This document shows positions 11,950-27,041 of a stretch of DNA of 64,000 bases, piece after piece. Numbering within the stretch: the first letter of the stretch is position 1; each line of letters starts with the position of its first letter. The notes under the pieces were generated by a model. It worked only from the letters and a program-made list of their open reading frames with translations. It had not been told where the DNA came from and made no database searches. This stretch comes from Octopus sinensis. Taxonomy: Eukaryota. The position numbers and the translations under genes are program-made. The stretch spans positions 133,486,001 through 133,550,000 of the forward strand of contig NC_042998.1 of assembly GCF_006345805.1 (NCBI RefSeq), given 5' to 3'.

Positions 11950-12625
11950 ATTGTGGAGAGGTGGATGTCTATTTCCTTTTTGAAGACATCTACGTCCACA
12001 TTGTGTAGGTTTCTTAATATTTGTAGCAGGGCATAGAAGAGTTGTGGGCCTTTGAAAACTAGGCTGTTGCAGTACCTGGTCCTTGAGTTTTTCTAACGTA
12101 GATTATATATCGGTCACGCCTTTGCTCCAAGGAGAGTAGTCGTAGTTTTTTCAGACACCCATGTAGCTCATCTGCTGCATTGTTACAATCTTTTTAGTGT
12201 AGTCACGTTGGATCGCTTCTTGCTCCGCTGATAGTTTGGCACTACATGGTGACCATAACTGAGAACAATAGTCCAGGAGACTGAGAACAAAGGTCCTCCA
12301 CAAGGTCAACATAATTTCTTGATCCCTTATCTTGAAGGACCTTAGTATCCATCTTGCCAGTTGTCTGCACTTTGCTGCCAACTTGGTAATGTACATATTA
12401 AATGATGCATCAGTGCATAAACTGATCCCCGAGTCTTTCACTGCCTGTGGCTTTGGTCCTGTATATGCCGGCTTTGGGTCCTGTATATGCAGGCTGCGGT
12501 GCATTTGTGAGTTGATAGTGCAGTGCTTGAAATTTCTGCAGCATTAAATTGCATGTTTACTTCTGCCCACTTGTATATTTGCATTCAGGACTCGCTGTAA
12601 GCTTGCGATGTCGTTTAGATTTTCT
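11950..12625 (-). mobile_element. CR1/L2-group LINE fragment (RT C-terminal region)
   Basis: ORF 12151-12504 has KCRQLARWILRSF..RD..IMLTLW..FVLSLLDYCSQLWSP...EAIQR. Flanking frames give MQFNAA.FQALHY and SLEQRRDRYIIY...FKGPQLF. Confidence 0.8.
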
Positions 12626-12676
12626 ATTGCCTGTGATAATTGTGTATCATCGGTGTAGCTAGTGAGTGACAGTGCC

Positions 12677-12708
<32 letters not shown>

Positions 12709-12965
12709 TGTATGTATGTATGTATGTATGTATGAATGTATGTATGTATGTATGTATTATGTATGTATGTATGTATGTCTATACCATATCTATATCCATA
12801 GATAATCAAGTATCTTTCTACTCAATATTGCCTCATGCAAACTATAGCGAGCTTTTTACTCTTTTACGAAACATGAATATAGATTTGAGCCTTAATTTTT
12901 CCTACATATATAGAGTGTGATTTCTTTTCACTTGCTATTCTACATACTAAGAATCAATTTCTCTC

Positions 12966-13022
<57 letters not shown>

Positions 13023-13137
13023 GTATGTATATATATATATATTTATATATACATACTTGAATATACTGTATATGTATATATGCTTGTGTACATATATATA
13101 TATACATACTTGAATATACTGTGTATGTATATATGCT

Positions 13138-13197
<60 letters not shown>

Positions 13198-13238
13198 CAT
13201 ACATACTACATACATACATACATACATACATACATACA

Positions 13239-13273
<35 letters not shown>

Positions 13274-13399
13274 GGGACCACATCAGTTTGGATGATAGGC
13301 TTTCCAATTCTCCTTACTGTGTATTTGTGGCCAGAGGATTCCACACAACCACCTGTATTTAGTGTTATTTTCGAAGTGGTGGATAACATACAGTATTAT

Positions 13400-13442
<43 letters not shown>

Positions 13443-13746
13443 AAGCTTGTATATTGAGTTATGAGTTGTGGGGGAACGTGCTATATGTAAGGGTGTATAA
13501 GTGTAATACATATTAATTTGTTTCTGGAGCATACATTTCCTTCTTATGCAAGATACATGTAATTCTCTTGTCCCGATAATTGTCATTTATAATTTTGTTT
13601 GTTTAAGGATTTGTAAATTACATGTGTGCGTGTACATGTGTGCGCGCGTTTTGCTGTTAGAGTGTTTTAATATGATGGGAGTGAGGAGGAAAACGTATAC
13701 AAATACACACACGTACTATATAGATAGATAGATAGATAGATAGATA

Positions 13747-15767
13747 AGTTTCTTTATTGGCCACACAGGGCTGCACACAGATGGGACAAGTTACAAGGTA
13801 GAGCTTTTCTTTTGGGGATGATAAAAAGGGGGTGGCGTAGGTTTTCGATCAAGAGGGATCGTAAAAGGGAAGAAAAGAACAAAAAAAAATAAGAAAAAAA
13901 GAGAAAAAAGAAAAAAAGAATAAAAGAAAAAAAAAAGAAAGGGAAAGGAACAAAAGAAAAAAGAAATGAAAAAAGAAGAAAAAGGGGAAAAAAAGGGGAA
14001 GAGGAAAAAAAAAAGGAACGATCAATAGGGATCGTGTATCACAGTGTTATGATATATGGTGTAAAGGGGAAAGCAAGTAAGGTTTATCCGTGGGAAGAAA
14101 AGCCTACGAAAAAGACCACGGTAACCTTGGTCAATATTGTTATATGTTACCACATTTGTTTGCAAGTGGGTAACCCTCTGTTTTCAATTTCTGGGTTCAT
14201 AGGACTATGCTCAAGGTGGCTTCGTCATTTATACGTGCCATCCTTGCTACATTCACCCATCTTTTTTTAAAACATTCGCTAGACAAAACTTGCCTCTCTA
14301 CTCTCACTTTCCTTTTCAAGTGGTACTTGAAGAAGTTGATGAGAGATTGACCAGAGAGGAAAGTGTTTGTCTCCAATCCTTTCAGACGCGTCCACCAGAT
14401 ACATTCTTTCGCCATAGCCACAAGGATGATGAAAATAGCTCTTACTTCCCGTTTGAAGGAAGGAGGCGTGACAACATTGACGATAGACTTAGCTGATAAA
14501 CCGACTCGTCCCACACGTGACAGCAGTTGTTCGACACAAGCCCACAGGTCGGAAATTGTTGGACACTGCACGAGTGCGTGCAGAACGGTTTCGTCGCTCT
14601 GACCACATCTCGGGCAGGTCGGCCCCGTGTTTCTCGAGCCGTGTCTGTAGAGCTTATCCCGAACGGGTAGCGCTTCTCGGTAACACTGCCAGGTCAGGGA
14701 TCTCTGGAAGTTGTCCATGGGCCCTGGCCCGAAAGTCGTCCTGAACAGGCGGGTCAGGTACTCCTCGTCGACGTCCAGGTTCGCCCCGAGCTCGTCGTCG
14801 TACCTCCCTTCCACTAATCCCCTATAGAATGCTTTGGTTGTGTTGAAGTCACTCAAGGTCGACTCAGGACGGCAGAGTTGCTTGAGAGCAACACGACACT
14901 CGCGGTGCCATTCGCCCTTCCTCGGCCTCTTTTTGATCCACGACTGCAGTTCGGTAATGGAGACGAGCTGCGGGAAAGCGTGCCTCACAAACGGCGACCA
15001 CACCTGTTCACCGTCGTCTACATAGAGCCAGGGATGTCGCAGTCTCAGCGCGTGTCTGCGCATCATCAACCACGGCATGCCCAGCCCTCCTTTTAACGGG
15101 TGTTGACAGCAAATGGATCGCCTGACCATCGGGACGCATCCTTTCCACAAGAAGCGAAAGAGAATGCGTTGTAGTTTGGTGATGGTAGGGTCGGGACAAG
15201 GTACGACGGTCAGGCGGTAGTAGATGACGGACGCGATGTACGTGTTCGCCACCTCCGCCCGACCTTTTAGGGACAGTTTCCTCTCGGCCCATTGCCGGGC
15301 GAGAGTGACCACCCTACTCGTTATCTCGTTCCAGTTCTTCTCCACTTGGAGGTCCGGACCAAACCAGACCCCGAGCAACTCAACCGGGCCGTCGGTCCAG
15401 CGTCCCACGACGGAGGCGCTGGTGGACGGCATGGACTTGCTTCTCCAGGTGCCTAGTCGCAAGCCCACTGACTTTTCCCGGTTGATTTTCGCTCCTGTCA
15501 CCGCTTCGTAATTTTTCAGTGTCTCGCCGACCTGCTCGATGTGCTCGTGGCTAGACACTATGACGGTGACGTCGTCCGCGTATGCAGACACGCTCGTCCT
15601 GCATCCCAGTTCTCGCGGGATGCCCCTCAAAGTTGCCAGCTTCCGCAATAATGGCTCGAGAGTCAATACGTATAGAAGCGACGAGAGGGGCATCCCTGAC
15701 GGACCGAACGTGCGATGTCGAAGGGTCTCGATAGATGTCCATTCACGCGAATTACCGAACGGATGCC
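13747..15767 (-). mobile_element. Tx1/L1-clade non-LTR retrotransposon, 5'-truncated, inserted in (TAGA)n
   Basis: RT motifs (R)[22 protein letters not shown] (one-base frameshift near 15690), LEPLL and SAYADD; C-terminal zinc knuckle [18 protein letters not shown]; 3' UTR ending AATAAAGAAACTT directly into (ATCT)n. (TAGA)n lies on both sides. Confidence 0.9.
14197..15765 (-). pseudogene. ORF2 fragment (RT C-terminal half plus zf-RVT) of the Tx1-like LINE
   Basis: Open frame of ~495 codons from about 15690 to the stop at 14197. The N-terminal part of the listed 569-aa ORF is translated microsatellite. Confidence 0.85.
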
Positions 15768-15855
<88 letters not shown>

Positions 15856-15908
15856 CATTTGAACAGACAGACAGGTAGACAGACAGTCAGAGAGACAGAC
15901 AGACAAAC

Positions 15909-15996
<88 letters not shown>

Positions 15997-15997
15997 T
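15768..15997. repeat. (TAGA)n/(CAGA)n microsatellite
   Basis: Read directly from the sequence. Confidence 0.95.
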
Positions 15998-16209
15998 TTT
16001 CATTTGGGTTTAATCTTGGAGCTGGCTTTATTAAGCCCGTCCACTATACCGAGTATCGAATACAATTATAAAACGGAAATGGATAGTCTTTCTGATTCTA
16101 TATTTGAAACTTCGTAATCGGATTTTATACAAATACACATAAGTATTATTAGTATGATATTAGTGTAATATTAGTATAATAATAAGAACAATGCATTGTA
16201 TTCTTACAC

Positions 16210-16296
<87 letters not shown>

Positions 16297-16578
16297 TAGC
16301 AACTCGCTTCTAATAAAATGGTGATAAAAAAATTGGGGAATTATGTAAAACGAACTGCTCATTCCATTCTCTATGTTATAACATACGTTTATATATATTT
16401 ATATGTGTGCGCGCGCGTGTGTGTGTGTGTGTTTGTGTATATACATATGTATGTATATATATATATATAATATATATATAATATATATATATATATTATA
16501 TATATATATTATATATTATATATGTATATACATATATATATGTGTATATATATATGTGTGTATACGTATACCTGTGAG

Positions 16579-16629
<51 letters not shown>

Positions 16630-16747
16630 GCGTGTGTGTGTGTGTGAATGTCTACTTGGAATTTCTTTAACTGTTTGAATTATTACATAATAAAAAATCC
16701 ATACGTAAATGTTACTGAATATATATATTTATATATTCAGTAACATC

Positions 16748-16799
<52 letters not shown>

Positions 16800-17190
16800 T
16801 TATATTTATATACATATGTGTGTATGTATGTATATATGCTTATATGCATGTATGTATGTATATTGATTTTCCAAGGTGAGATACTGAGACAATGGAAAGT
16901 TAATTAAATGAAAGTGAGAAATTTAGATTTTTTTCTCTCCTCGTCCAATTTACGTCTAATATCCACCACTCTTTATCTGTATTCACTTCGTTATCTTTCT
17001 CCTTTACTCTGACTGTATATCTTCATATATCGCCATTTATCAATTGATATTTGCAGAACTTTCTCCTTTTCTTTCTCTCTTTTCGTCTCTTTCTTTCTCC
17101 TGGTCACTCCCTTTCTCTTGTTATATATATATATATACATACACAGTACACATGTGAACATTTATATGTATATATATATACATATATATA

Positions 17191-17233
<43 letters not shown>

Positions 17234-17236
17234 TAC

Positions 17237-17267
<31 letters not shown>

Positions 17268-17346
17268 CATATATGCTTACACACCTAAACTCACCTACAC
17301 ACATACTCATAGACACACATGTATGTATGCATATATATATATATTA

Positions 17347-17399
<53 letters not shown>

Positions 17400-17738
17400 C
17401 TAATCCTCTTCAATCATGATTTAGCACGCACCTATTTCTTATACGTTTTGATGTTGTTACTGTTGTGTTTTTGCTAGTTTTGTTTGTTTGTTTATTTTTT
17501 CATTTTTAAGAATAATTTTTGCTTTATTTTCATTTCTTTTCTGTAAGCGTTTTCATTTCCCACGCTCACAGAAGGAGAAGGAACGAAGACTCAAATACAA
17601 ACAAACAAACAAAGAAAACAAGAAACAACTGAAAAAGAAGAAAGATTGAAAGAAAAAGAATAAAATGAAAAACGATATAAAAGACAAAAAAGAAGACTAT
17701 ATACATATATATATATATATATATATAATTGTTGAAAT

Positions 17739-17771
<33 letters not shown>

Positions 17772-17969
17772 ATAATATATATATATATATATATATATAC
17801 ATACATATGTGTGTGTGTATAAAAGGAATGAAGATATAAAATCGAGGCAGAAACTGTAGCCAGACAGACTAGTAAATACCGTTGGCCGTCGAAGCCTAAA
17901 AAATTGATTCTCAAAAGACCTTTGTGTATTTTAACTCGTTATGGACTACTACTACTACCACTACTATTG

Positions 17970-18008
<39 letters not shown>

Positions 18009-18331
18009 GTAAGGAGGAGGAGGAGGGGGAGGAGGAGCTGGAGTAACAATAGCAGCAATAGTAGGAACAACAAGACAAACGTCAATAATCTACAAAAGTA
18101 AACATGAGCAACAGCAACAATAATAAGAGCAACAACAGCGGCTTATGTATATTTCGATATCGAACCAATAAGAGTGTATGTGTATGGATTACGAATGTAT
18201 GAATAAGAATGCATACATGTAAGTTTACAACTCCACACATACATACATATAGAGAGAGAGTTATAGATGTATATATATATATGTGCGTGTGTGAGTATGT
18301 GCGTGTGTATGTGTATACATGTATACATATA

Positions 18332-18378
<47 letters not shown>

Positions 18379-18412
18379 ATATACATATATATATTTTTAA
18401 ACATGTATATAT

Positions 18413-18443
<31 letters not shown>

Positions 18444-19206
18444 CTTATATATATGTGTATATATGTGTGTGTGTGTGTGTATGTAAATTGTATGTATTGT
18501 GTATGTATGCTTTCATGTATGTATCTACGTTAATTTTTATTCGGGAGAGTTAAATACTGCACGCCACCCTTCTTAAGATTACCACCTGGCCCTTGGGTAC
18601 TTTTAACAAAGATTTTTCTATTGTCAGCATTAGAACCAAGACACCTGTTCGACGTCAGCACAATTTCTCGGCGCTCAACTTCCATCCACTCTACCCCTCG
18701 CGATGAGCTCCCGTTGTTCGACTTTACCGGTGGATAATGTTTCCTAATGACGACCTGCTACTAATTGTAGAACACGTTTCATCAATAGGCGTAAAATCTA
18801 CTTTCTTCCTGTACACGGATCGCAAGATTTTTTTTAAGGAAAACCACTGAAACCACAGTTCGAAAAAGACTGATATCACATACTTTAATCTGTGTGATTG
18901 TTAGCAATCTTTGTACCAAATTTCCTTCTTCAAACAAACAGTAGCCTTTGTTTCAAGTCTACGACATAGTCTCACAGAACGTGTAGCTTGACGTAGTTTT
19001 GGGTGCTATTTTTCGTGGGTCCATTTCTAAGAATGCAGTGTCGGATAGTATCCTAAAAGTAAAATGGGATACTCATGAGTGAATGTTTTTCATCAAAAGC
19101 CTATTAGACTAAAGTACAAATTTTATTCCTCCTTAGAACAAAATCCTTTATCTAAATTGAACTCCATCAAATGTCCAGTATTATTTCATTACAACTATAT
19201 GGGTAT

Positions 19207-19607
19207 ACTCTTTACTCTCTCTTTTACTTGTTTCAGTCATTTGACTGTGGCCATGCTGGATCACCACCTTTAGTCGAGCAAATCGACCCCGGGACTTATT
19301 CTTTGTAAGCCCAGTACTTATTCTATCGGTCTCTTTTGCCGAACCGCTAAGTTACGGGGACGTAAACACACCAGCATCGGTTGTCAAGCAATGCTAGGGG
19401 GACAAACACAAACACACAAACATATACACATACATACATATATACGACAGGCTTCTTTCAGTTTCCGTGTACCAAATCCATTCACAAGGCATTGGTCGGC
19501 CCGGGGCTATAGCAGAAGACACTTGCCCAAGATGCCACGTAGTGGGACCTAACCCGGAACCATGTGGTTGGTAAGCAAGCTACTTACCACACAGCCACTC
19601 CTGTGCC
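19207..19607 (-). mobile_element. tRNA-derived SINE, family A (full length)
   Basis: Head ggcacaggagtggctgtgtggtaagtagcttg with a B-box-like ccgggttaggtccc and an (AAGAGT)-type tail. Homologous copies at 29329, 36567, 40077, 56408 and 57372. Confidence 0.85.
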
Positions 19608-20791
19608 TATATATTATATTCATAAGTATATTCCCCAACATTCGTTGCACTGCGAAATCACTGTTACGGAGTGCAAGATATTACATAATGTTTTAACTTT
19701 TTCATATCCTCAAATAGATTTCTCCGTGTTAGCATCTCTTTTCAACAAACTAATATATCTCTCTATATAGATATATTTAAATGTATGGGAAAACATGAAC
19801 TTGTCCTATTTTAAAAGATGATAAAATTCCCTACTTTTGCTAATTACAACCCTATTGACCTCAGTCTCAGTCTATTGCAAATGCGATGGAGATGATCATA
19901 TACTTCAATTTCTTTTCAGCGATACCAGAGAGACTTTCTCGCATATAACATTATCAGGAAGGCCACCTAGCTCATTTACTTGTTAATCGATTCCAGCAAT
20001 CGCTTACATATTCCATCAATATTTTACGATTAGATAGTCTCATTGCAGTGTACACTGAGAACACTCTCTCCCATTCAAATATGGGCAATTCTGCTCAGCT
20101 CCTTGGTTTACTAAAGTATTTCACACTCTTCAGTCTGTCCAATATCTAACTACTTTCTATCCGTTTTAACACAACACACACACACACATACATACACACA
20201 CATACACACACACACGCACACACATATACATACACACACATACACACACGCACACACATATACACTCACACACCCACAATTCAATACGATAAGAGCACGT
20301 TTCAGTCCACCTTAACCTTCCTGACATACATGCGTCATCTGCCTGTAAATATGACATCATAAGCTATTCATTCAATACAAGCAAGATAAATGACCTCGAT
20401 AACATTCTCTAATGAAGACATAACAACAGATTAGCTGTCTCATATTTGCGCCTCATAATATACATCTTGATACAACAACGAACTCTGCTTCACTGAAGTA
20501 AGGCCGTGAAAAACCATGTCTGTCACGGCCTAGTTGATTCGCTTCTTTCACTCCTATCACACATATTGCCCCTTACTTCTAGATCCTACACTAAATATTT
20601 TTCCAGTCATCTCTTCCATGGATTGTAGCCACTGGAATACTTTTCTTTTCACTCCATTGTAATCCATATTCAACGTCACAACATTTGAATAATTCATTAA
20701 GAAATAGAAACACATATGGACGCACACTTAAGCAAAGACATGCATACACATAGGAAGATACATGAGTAGATAGACTGATGGAAATATACAC

Positions 20792-21262
<471 letters not shown>

Positions 21263-21500
21263 CAATGAATATTTTTAAAACAGCTTACATTGCACGATAC
21301 TTCCATAACCAGCTATCGAGTGACCATGAGAACGATTTCGGCACCTTCCAACAATATTGCACTCTTCAGCGCGAATGTAGGCTTTTGCCCGCACGTATAC
21401 ATGTGTGTGTGCGCGCGATTGTGTGTGTGTATGCGTGCGTTTGTGTATGTGTGTGTGCATATGCCTGAGTGTGCGTGTGAAAGAGAGAGAGAGAGGGAGG

Positions 21501-21549
<49 letters not shown>

Positions 21550-22124
21550 GGAGGAAGAGAGATAAAATTGTCGTATAGATATAACATGAATATTTTATTT
21601 CTTCGTTTAGCAAAGGGTTTATTAAATAAAAAGAACTGGACTGAAATAACAGTGTGATAATACATGAATTTATAAGAATAGCCTAAACATAAAAGTTTCA
21701 GCGTTGTTCATAAAATTGTTGTTATTCGAGAAAACTCACATAGCAGGAAAAGGATATATTATGTGTAGTATTTTAATGTATGTACTCTGGTATATTTTAT
21801 ATGTACTATTCTCTTCAAGATATTTTTGTTAAAATCGCTATGAAATTTTAATTATTTTAATTCCATCGAGTCTTTCGTTAACTCTTTCACGAAGAAATAA
21901 TTTAGTTTTATCAATGAAATATACTTGTCACTATGCGTTTCAAAGTTTCAAGTTCTTCGACTTAAAGTTACTTTCAACACGATCTGGAATAAAGTTATAT
22001 AGATGTTGAGAGCGGTCGTTGCAGTCGTATAATTCAAAACAGTAAGAGTTATAGAGAGACAATATGATATCAAGTGTGATGTGTTTGTTAATGGACAATT
22101 GACAAATAGGTTTCCTGTACACAC

Positions 22125-22280
22125 CGACCGATGATTAGCAATTATATACTCCTCCCCACACTTTTCAACATCTTCCTGGATATTATCACAAGAGAACTAA
22201 GAAATTGATAGAAGTCAGTCACTTACAGGAACTCATTTCATAAATATCATATATGCTGCATACATTACTCTAATATCCTC
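22125..22280 (+). mobile_element. Possible very old RTE-like RT fragment
   Basis: Frame gives ILLPTLFNIFLDIITRELR...INIIYAAYITLI, resembling the GC.LSP.LFN...YADD region. Confidence 0.35.
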
Positions 22281-22287
22281 AATGTTT

Positions 22288-22490
22288 AAGGCGACCAGCT
22301 GGCCGAAACGTTAGCACGCCGGGCAAAATGCTTAGTGGTATTTCATCTGTCTTTACGTTCTGAGTTCAAATTCCGTCGAGTTTGGCTTTCATCCTTTCGG
22401 AATCGATAAATTAAGTACCAGTTGCATACTGGGGATGATCTAATCGACTGATCCACGCTCCCTAAAAATGTGTGCCTTGAGTAGAAAAAA
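22288..22490 (+). mobile_element. tRNA-derived SINE, family B
   Basis: aaggcgaccagctggccgaaacgttagcacg...gagttcaaattccg...gataaattaagtaccag, homologous to the copies at 26012 and 35451. Confidence 0.8.
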
Positions 22491-23290
22491 TATTCTCAAT
22501 CTTTGGCAAACCAAAAATGTTCACTAAACACTTAGACAAGGTAGAGGTTTGGGAACAAATGACGTGCAGTCCCTTTCACCGAGCAAGTAACGACTACACT
22601 GGGGACTTGACAGATTTTTTGCGGCAGTACAGTACTGAAGGAACGAAAAGATGTGACAATACAAGTAGCACCAGCATCTACTGTGTTTGAAGACTGAGAA
22701 ACCTAATCTAGAACAGGCAGGTTATCAAAAATCGATTTAAGTTTAGATAGTACAGCACCATTATTTTCCCAATCACAACCTGCACCGTGGAAACATGAAC
22801 GTAAAACTCTGAAGATACACGCTGACTAGAAGTTGATGAAATATGGAATTACGGGCTATACAAAGGGTATAATAAAGATGCATGCTTAGAAATATTTACA
22901 TAAGAAAAGCTCTCTATATGCTCACAACATTACCAAGTTTTTAAAAAATAGGAGAAAGTGGTGTCCAGCTACATGTAATAAAAATGTCTCCAATTTCTAC
23001 AGTCATTCAGCGAAGACTTTCGGGTCACGTTTTACTTGGTCTGCTGTATAGACTGAGGACAAGGTGGACTTTTCAGATTCATAAAGACACAAGAGTCACC
23101 GCTTGTAACAGCAGAAACTAAAGCATTCGACCGAAAAAGGTGGCGCTAGTTCGGCTTGGAGAAGAGAAAGGGGTGCTGGGATAGGATTGAACATCTAAAT
23201 CAATATGTATGTGTATGTGCGTATGCATACACGCACATACACTCATACACACACTCACACACACATATATAGAGAGAGATGGGGAGTGAC

Positions 23291-23321
<31 letters not shown>

Positions 23322-23907
23322 GAAAGAGCACAAAGAAGTAGACAGAGACAGACAAGCAGATAGATAGATAGATAGATAGATAGATAGGTACAGACACACA
23401 GGAAGGCGCTCAAACCGGCACACAGATAGTTACTTTGAGAGTGAATGAGAGGAGAGAGAGAGAGAGAGAGAGAGAGAAGGGGAGAGAGAGATTGTACATA
23501 TTTACAATAGTAAATATAAAAAAGAAAAATAGAAAAAGTACCAACCATAAATCGAAGAGAAAAGAGACAAAAAGCGCTCGTAAGTTTTTTTCTTTTTTTC
23601 CCATTGCTCTGATCAGAAAGAATAGAGAGAGTGAAAGAATTTGTAAAAGAGAGAAAGAAAAGGAGAGAGAGGAGAGAGAGAGAGAGAGAGAGAGAGTGAA
23701 AGAGAAGGGAGTGAGATAGAGGGAGATAAAGAGAGATTCAAAGAATGGAAACGCCCAATTTTCACAAAGCCTTTTCACTGAATTTTTGATTTGATTTTTA
23801 GCACAACATATTGTTCAGAAAAGAGTTTACATATGGTGTTGTTGTCTTTTTACAAAGTTCTCACTTGCTCTGAGATTTCCGTGAACAAAAGAAGAAAAAA
23901 GTTCGAA

Positions 23908-23949
<42 letters not shown>

Positions 23950-25851
23950 TTATTATTATTGCTATTATTGTTGTTGTTGTTGGTGGTGGTGGTGGTGGTA
24001 GTTGTGGTGGTGGTGGTGGTGGTGGTGGTTTCTGCTGCTGTTATTATTACTTGTGTTTACCGTGTACAGAGGTATTATAAAACTGACTATTTTTTGGATT
24101 ATTAACAAGTTTTACTGGATTAATTTTTTTTTTCCTTTCTGAATTATTTTATAAACAGGGAACGTTGGAACGTTGATATGTCTGTTTCAATTCTTAAGCT
24201 CTGTTATAAATATCATTATAATTTTGTTGCGTCTAGAATAATATTTAATTTGGTAGAAAAGGAGTCGTACTGAATACGCCCTTTGAAAGAAAACAGCAAA
24301 TTAATCTTCGAACTCACAAAAAACGAATCTTTTTAAATAAAGGTAAACAATTTACAAATAAATGAATAAATAAATAAATAAGTAGTAGGGAAAAAAGCAA
24401 TGAAATAAAGATACACTTTCATGTACAGTTCAAAATCTAATATCCCAAAATCTAAATTTTCACATTGACAAAATTCGCATTTCACACACGAAAAAAAGAA
24501 AACCCCAAAACGCCGCAGTTTTACCATCACTCACTCTGCAACAAACAAACAATTGTAGAACAAATTAATTGGCTGAGAAGAAATTATGGGTGCTTTGTAA
24601 CCAAAACTGAGCCATTTCTATCCCGGTATTTTTTCTTCCATTTCTTTTTTATTCAAAATCGAGAGAGAAGAGTCAGCTAACTCATTGCAGACACAAAGAA
24701 AAAAAATCCTAACCCTAACCCTGGCTGATGTGTGGAATTTATTGGCCACGAGAGTCTGTCAGGCTATTACAATTGAATACATGGTGAAGAATGGAGCAGA
24801 GTTGGTATGCTTGAATCTACACTAGTGCCATAGTACACAGATCCACAAATACGAGAACAGCAGTCAATGATATTGTCAATGAGGTTGGTCGTTGAACTAT
24901 CATTACCTTTGTGGTATAGTACGTAAAGGTGGTAAGTTTTGCATTAACTTGAAATGACATCTGTTCGGGTTGGGCATAAATTCTCGTACATCTCAAATAA
25001 TCTCCAAAAATCATAAAACCATATCGGAGCATTGAACTTTCGAGGCTATGAGGTAGAATGTCAGGTAGCTAAATGTGTTGAATTAAGAGCAATCTGAGGG
25101 ATTTCTGCTTTAAATAACTTAAAAAGCGAAAAAAGAACTACAGAGACAATAGTAAGTACATGTCTTAGATTCCTGTTTCAACAACACCGACTGCCAAAAC
25201 ACCTGCCATGTCTCTTGGCAATTTAAGGATAGCCAAAGGAAATACCAGGAACTGAAAATCAGAAACCTGATCATGAAACAATCGACCTGGTGTCCGAGGG
25301 CCAAGTGAGTAGGTATTGTCATTAGCGTTTCATATAAAATGCCTTCTAGCATTCGTTCTGGTTCTTTATATACTGAGGTAAAATTCTTGAAGATCGTCCC
25401 TTCTGAGACCCTAAAGTAATCTACTTTTTTCTCGCCTTCTATTTTTCATTCTCACACTCACTTTTTCTCGCTACCACTCACTCTTGCTCCACTCTCTGGT
25501 GGAAACTGACTATGGTTACACTGGTGACGGCGGGCTCCATCTGGTATGGATGTACAAAACACAATGTATATATATATATCACAACCAACGATATGTTAAG
25601 GTAAATCATATAGCTGTCACAGAGCTAGAGCTCAGGATCCAATCAACTATCCGTATCCGCTATAGCACCTGGACGCGGAAAAAAATATCCAGTGTTATAG
25701 ATAGGAATATACAATGGGAAAATGTAATATGCATTATATTAAGTTTCTGTAACTCTCTCTCTAAATATAAATAGCCATATTTAGATGAAACAATAGTATT
25801 TATTTCGTCCGTAAAACAATGGGGAATGCAGTAGTAGTAGTGGTGGTAGTG

Positions 25852-25915
<64 letters not shown>

Positions 25916-26011
25916 CAGCAGCAGCAGCAGCAGTACCTTGCGTCTGTTTCAACTAGACTAGCTGAATAAGGCGATTGGACAATCAGTTGAGTGTAACTAT
26001 GTAGTATTACT

Positions 26012-26400
26012 AAGGCGGCAAGCTGGCCGAAATGCGTAGCCGTATTTCGTCTGCCGTTACGTTCCGAGTTCAAATTCCGCCGAAGTTGACTTTGCCTTTC
26101 ATCCTTTCGGGGTCGATAAATTAAGTACCAGTTACGCACTGGGGTCGATGTAATCGACTTGATCCGTTTGTCTGTCCTTGTGTTTAGCCCCTTGTGGGTA
26201 CTAAAGAAATAGGTATTTCGTCTGTCTTTACGTTCTGAGCTCAAATTCCGCCGAGGTCGACTTTGCCTTTCTTCCTTTCGGGGTCGATAAATTAAGTACC
26301 AGTCCAAAAATTAAGTACAACTGGTACTTAATTTATTCGATCTAATCGACTGTCCCCACTCCCCAAAAATTTCGGGCCTTGTGCTTAGTGTAGAAGAGAT
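26012..26400 (+). mobile_element. Composite family-B SINE (full unit plus partial second unit plus tail) bounded by a 14-bp direct repeat
   Basis: Internal repeat of the gtatttcgtctg...aagtaccagt segment. TATGTAGTATTACT at 25998-26011 and 26401-26414. Confidence 0.8.
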
Positions 26401-26596
26401 TATGTAGTATTACTGTCGTATAATTCCATTCTAGTGAAGATGGAAGGGTATTCCTCCTAATTGGTTCTGATTATATGTGTGGAATGCGATACAACTGAAG
26501 CAGCACATACACACACACACACAAATTATATAATATAATATATGTATGTATGTATGTATGCATGTATATATATATATATTATATATATTATATATA

Positions 26597-26647
<51 letters not shown>

Positions 26648-26936
26648 TCCGTAATAATGAAGGGTGAAATTAATTAATTTGGAAAAATTATCAATTACAC
26701 CAAGTAGTCTTCGGCATGTAAAAGCCTCATTCGAGGAAAATTTAAGTAATACTAAGCAATAAGGGTTTAGCAACGAGTTGCCTTACCACATACCGAATTT
26801 AGAAATAGCAGTCAAAGGGTTATAGCTATTTCTTCTACTAAAAAGGGAGATCTCAGTAAAAACAGCATTGGAAGGCAGACACAAACAGGTAAGAGAGAAT
26901 GAATTGACTGCAATCTATCATACATTTTTTTAGTTA

Positions 26937-27041
26937 TCCACGGACGTACGTTTCGAAATCAGTTTTTAGGAAAGCATAAGAATTAAATATAAATATTAAA
27001 TAATTCTATCTTACCGAAACTTCTTTTCTCTTCAGCGTAGA
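26937..27041 (-). ncRNA. Type I hammerhead ribozyme (inverted unit)
   Basis: Reverse complement of the motif at 28952-29058. Confidence 0.7.

Noticed and set aside
20493-20536. CTGAAGT plus a perfect 8-bp hairpin ggccgtga/tcacggcc
   Set aside because: GAAA and the cleavage triplet are absent, so at best it is a deleted hammerhead remnant.
24709-24723. TAACCCTAACCCT, possible interstitial telomere
   Set aside because: Only about two units, which is expected by chance or as part of a repeat.
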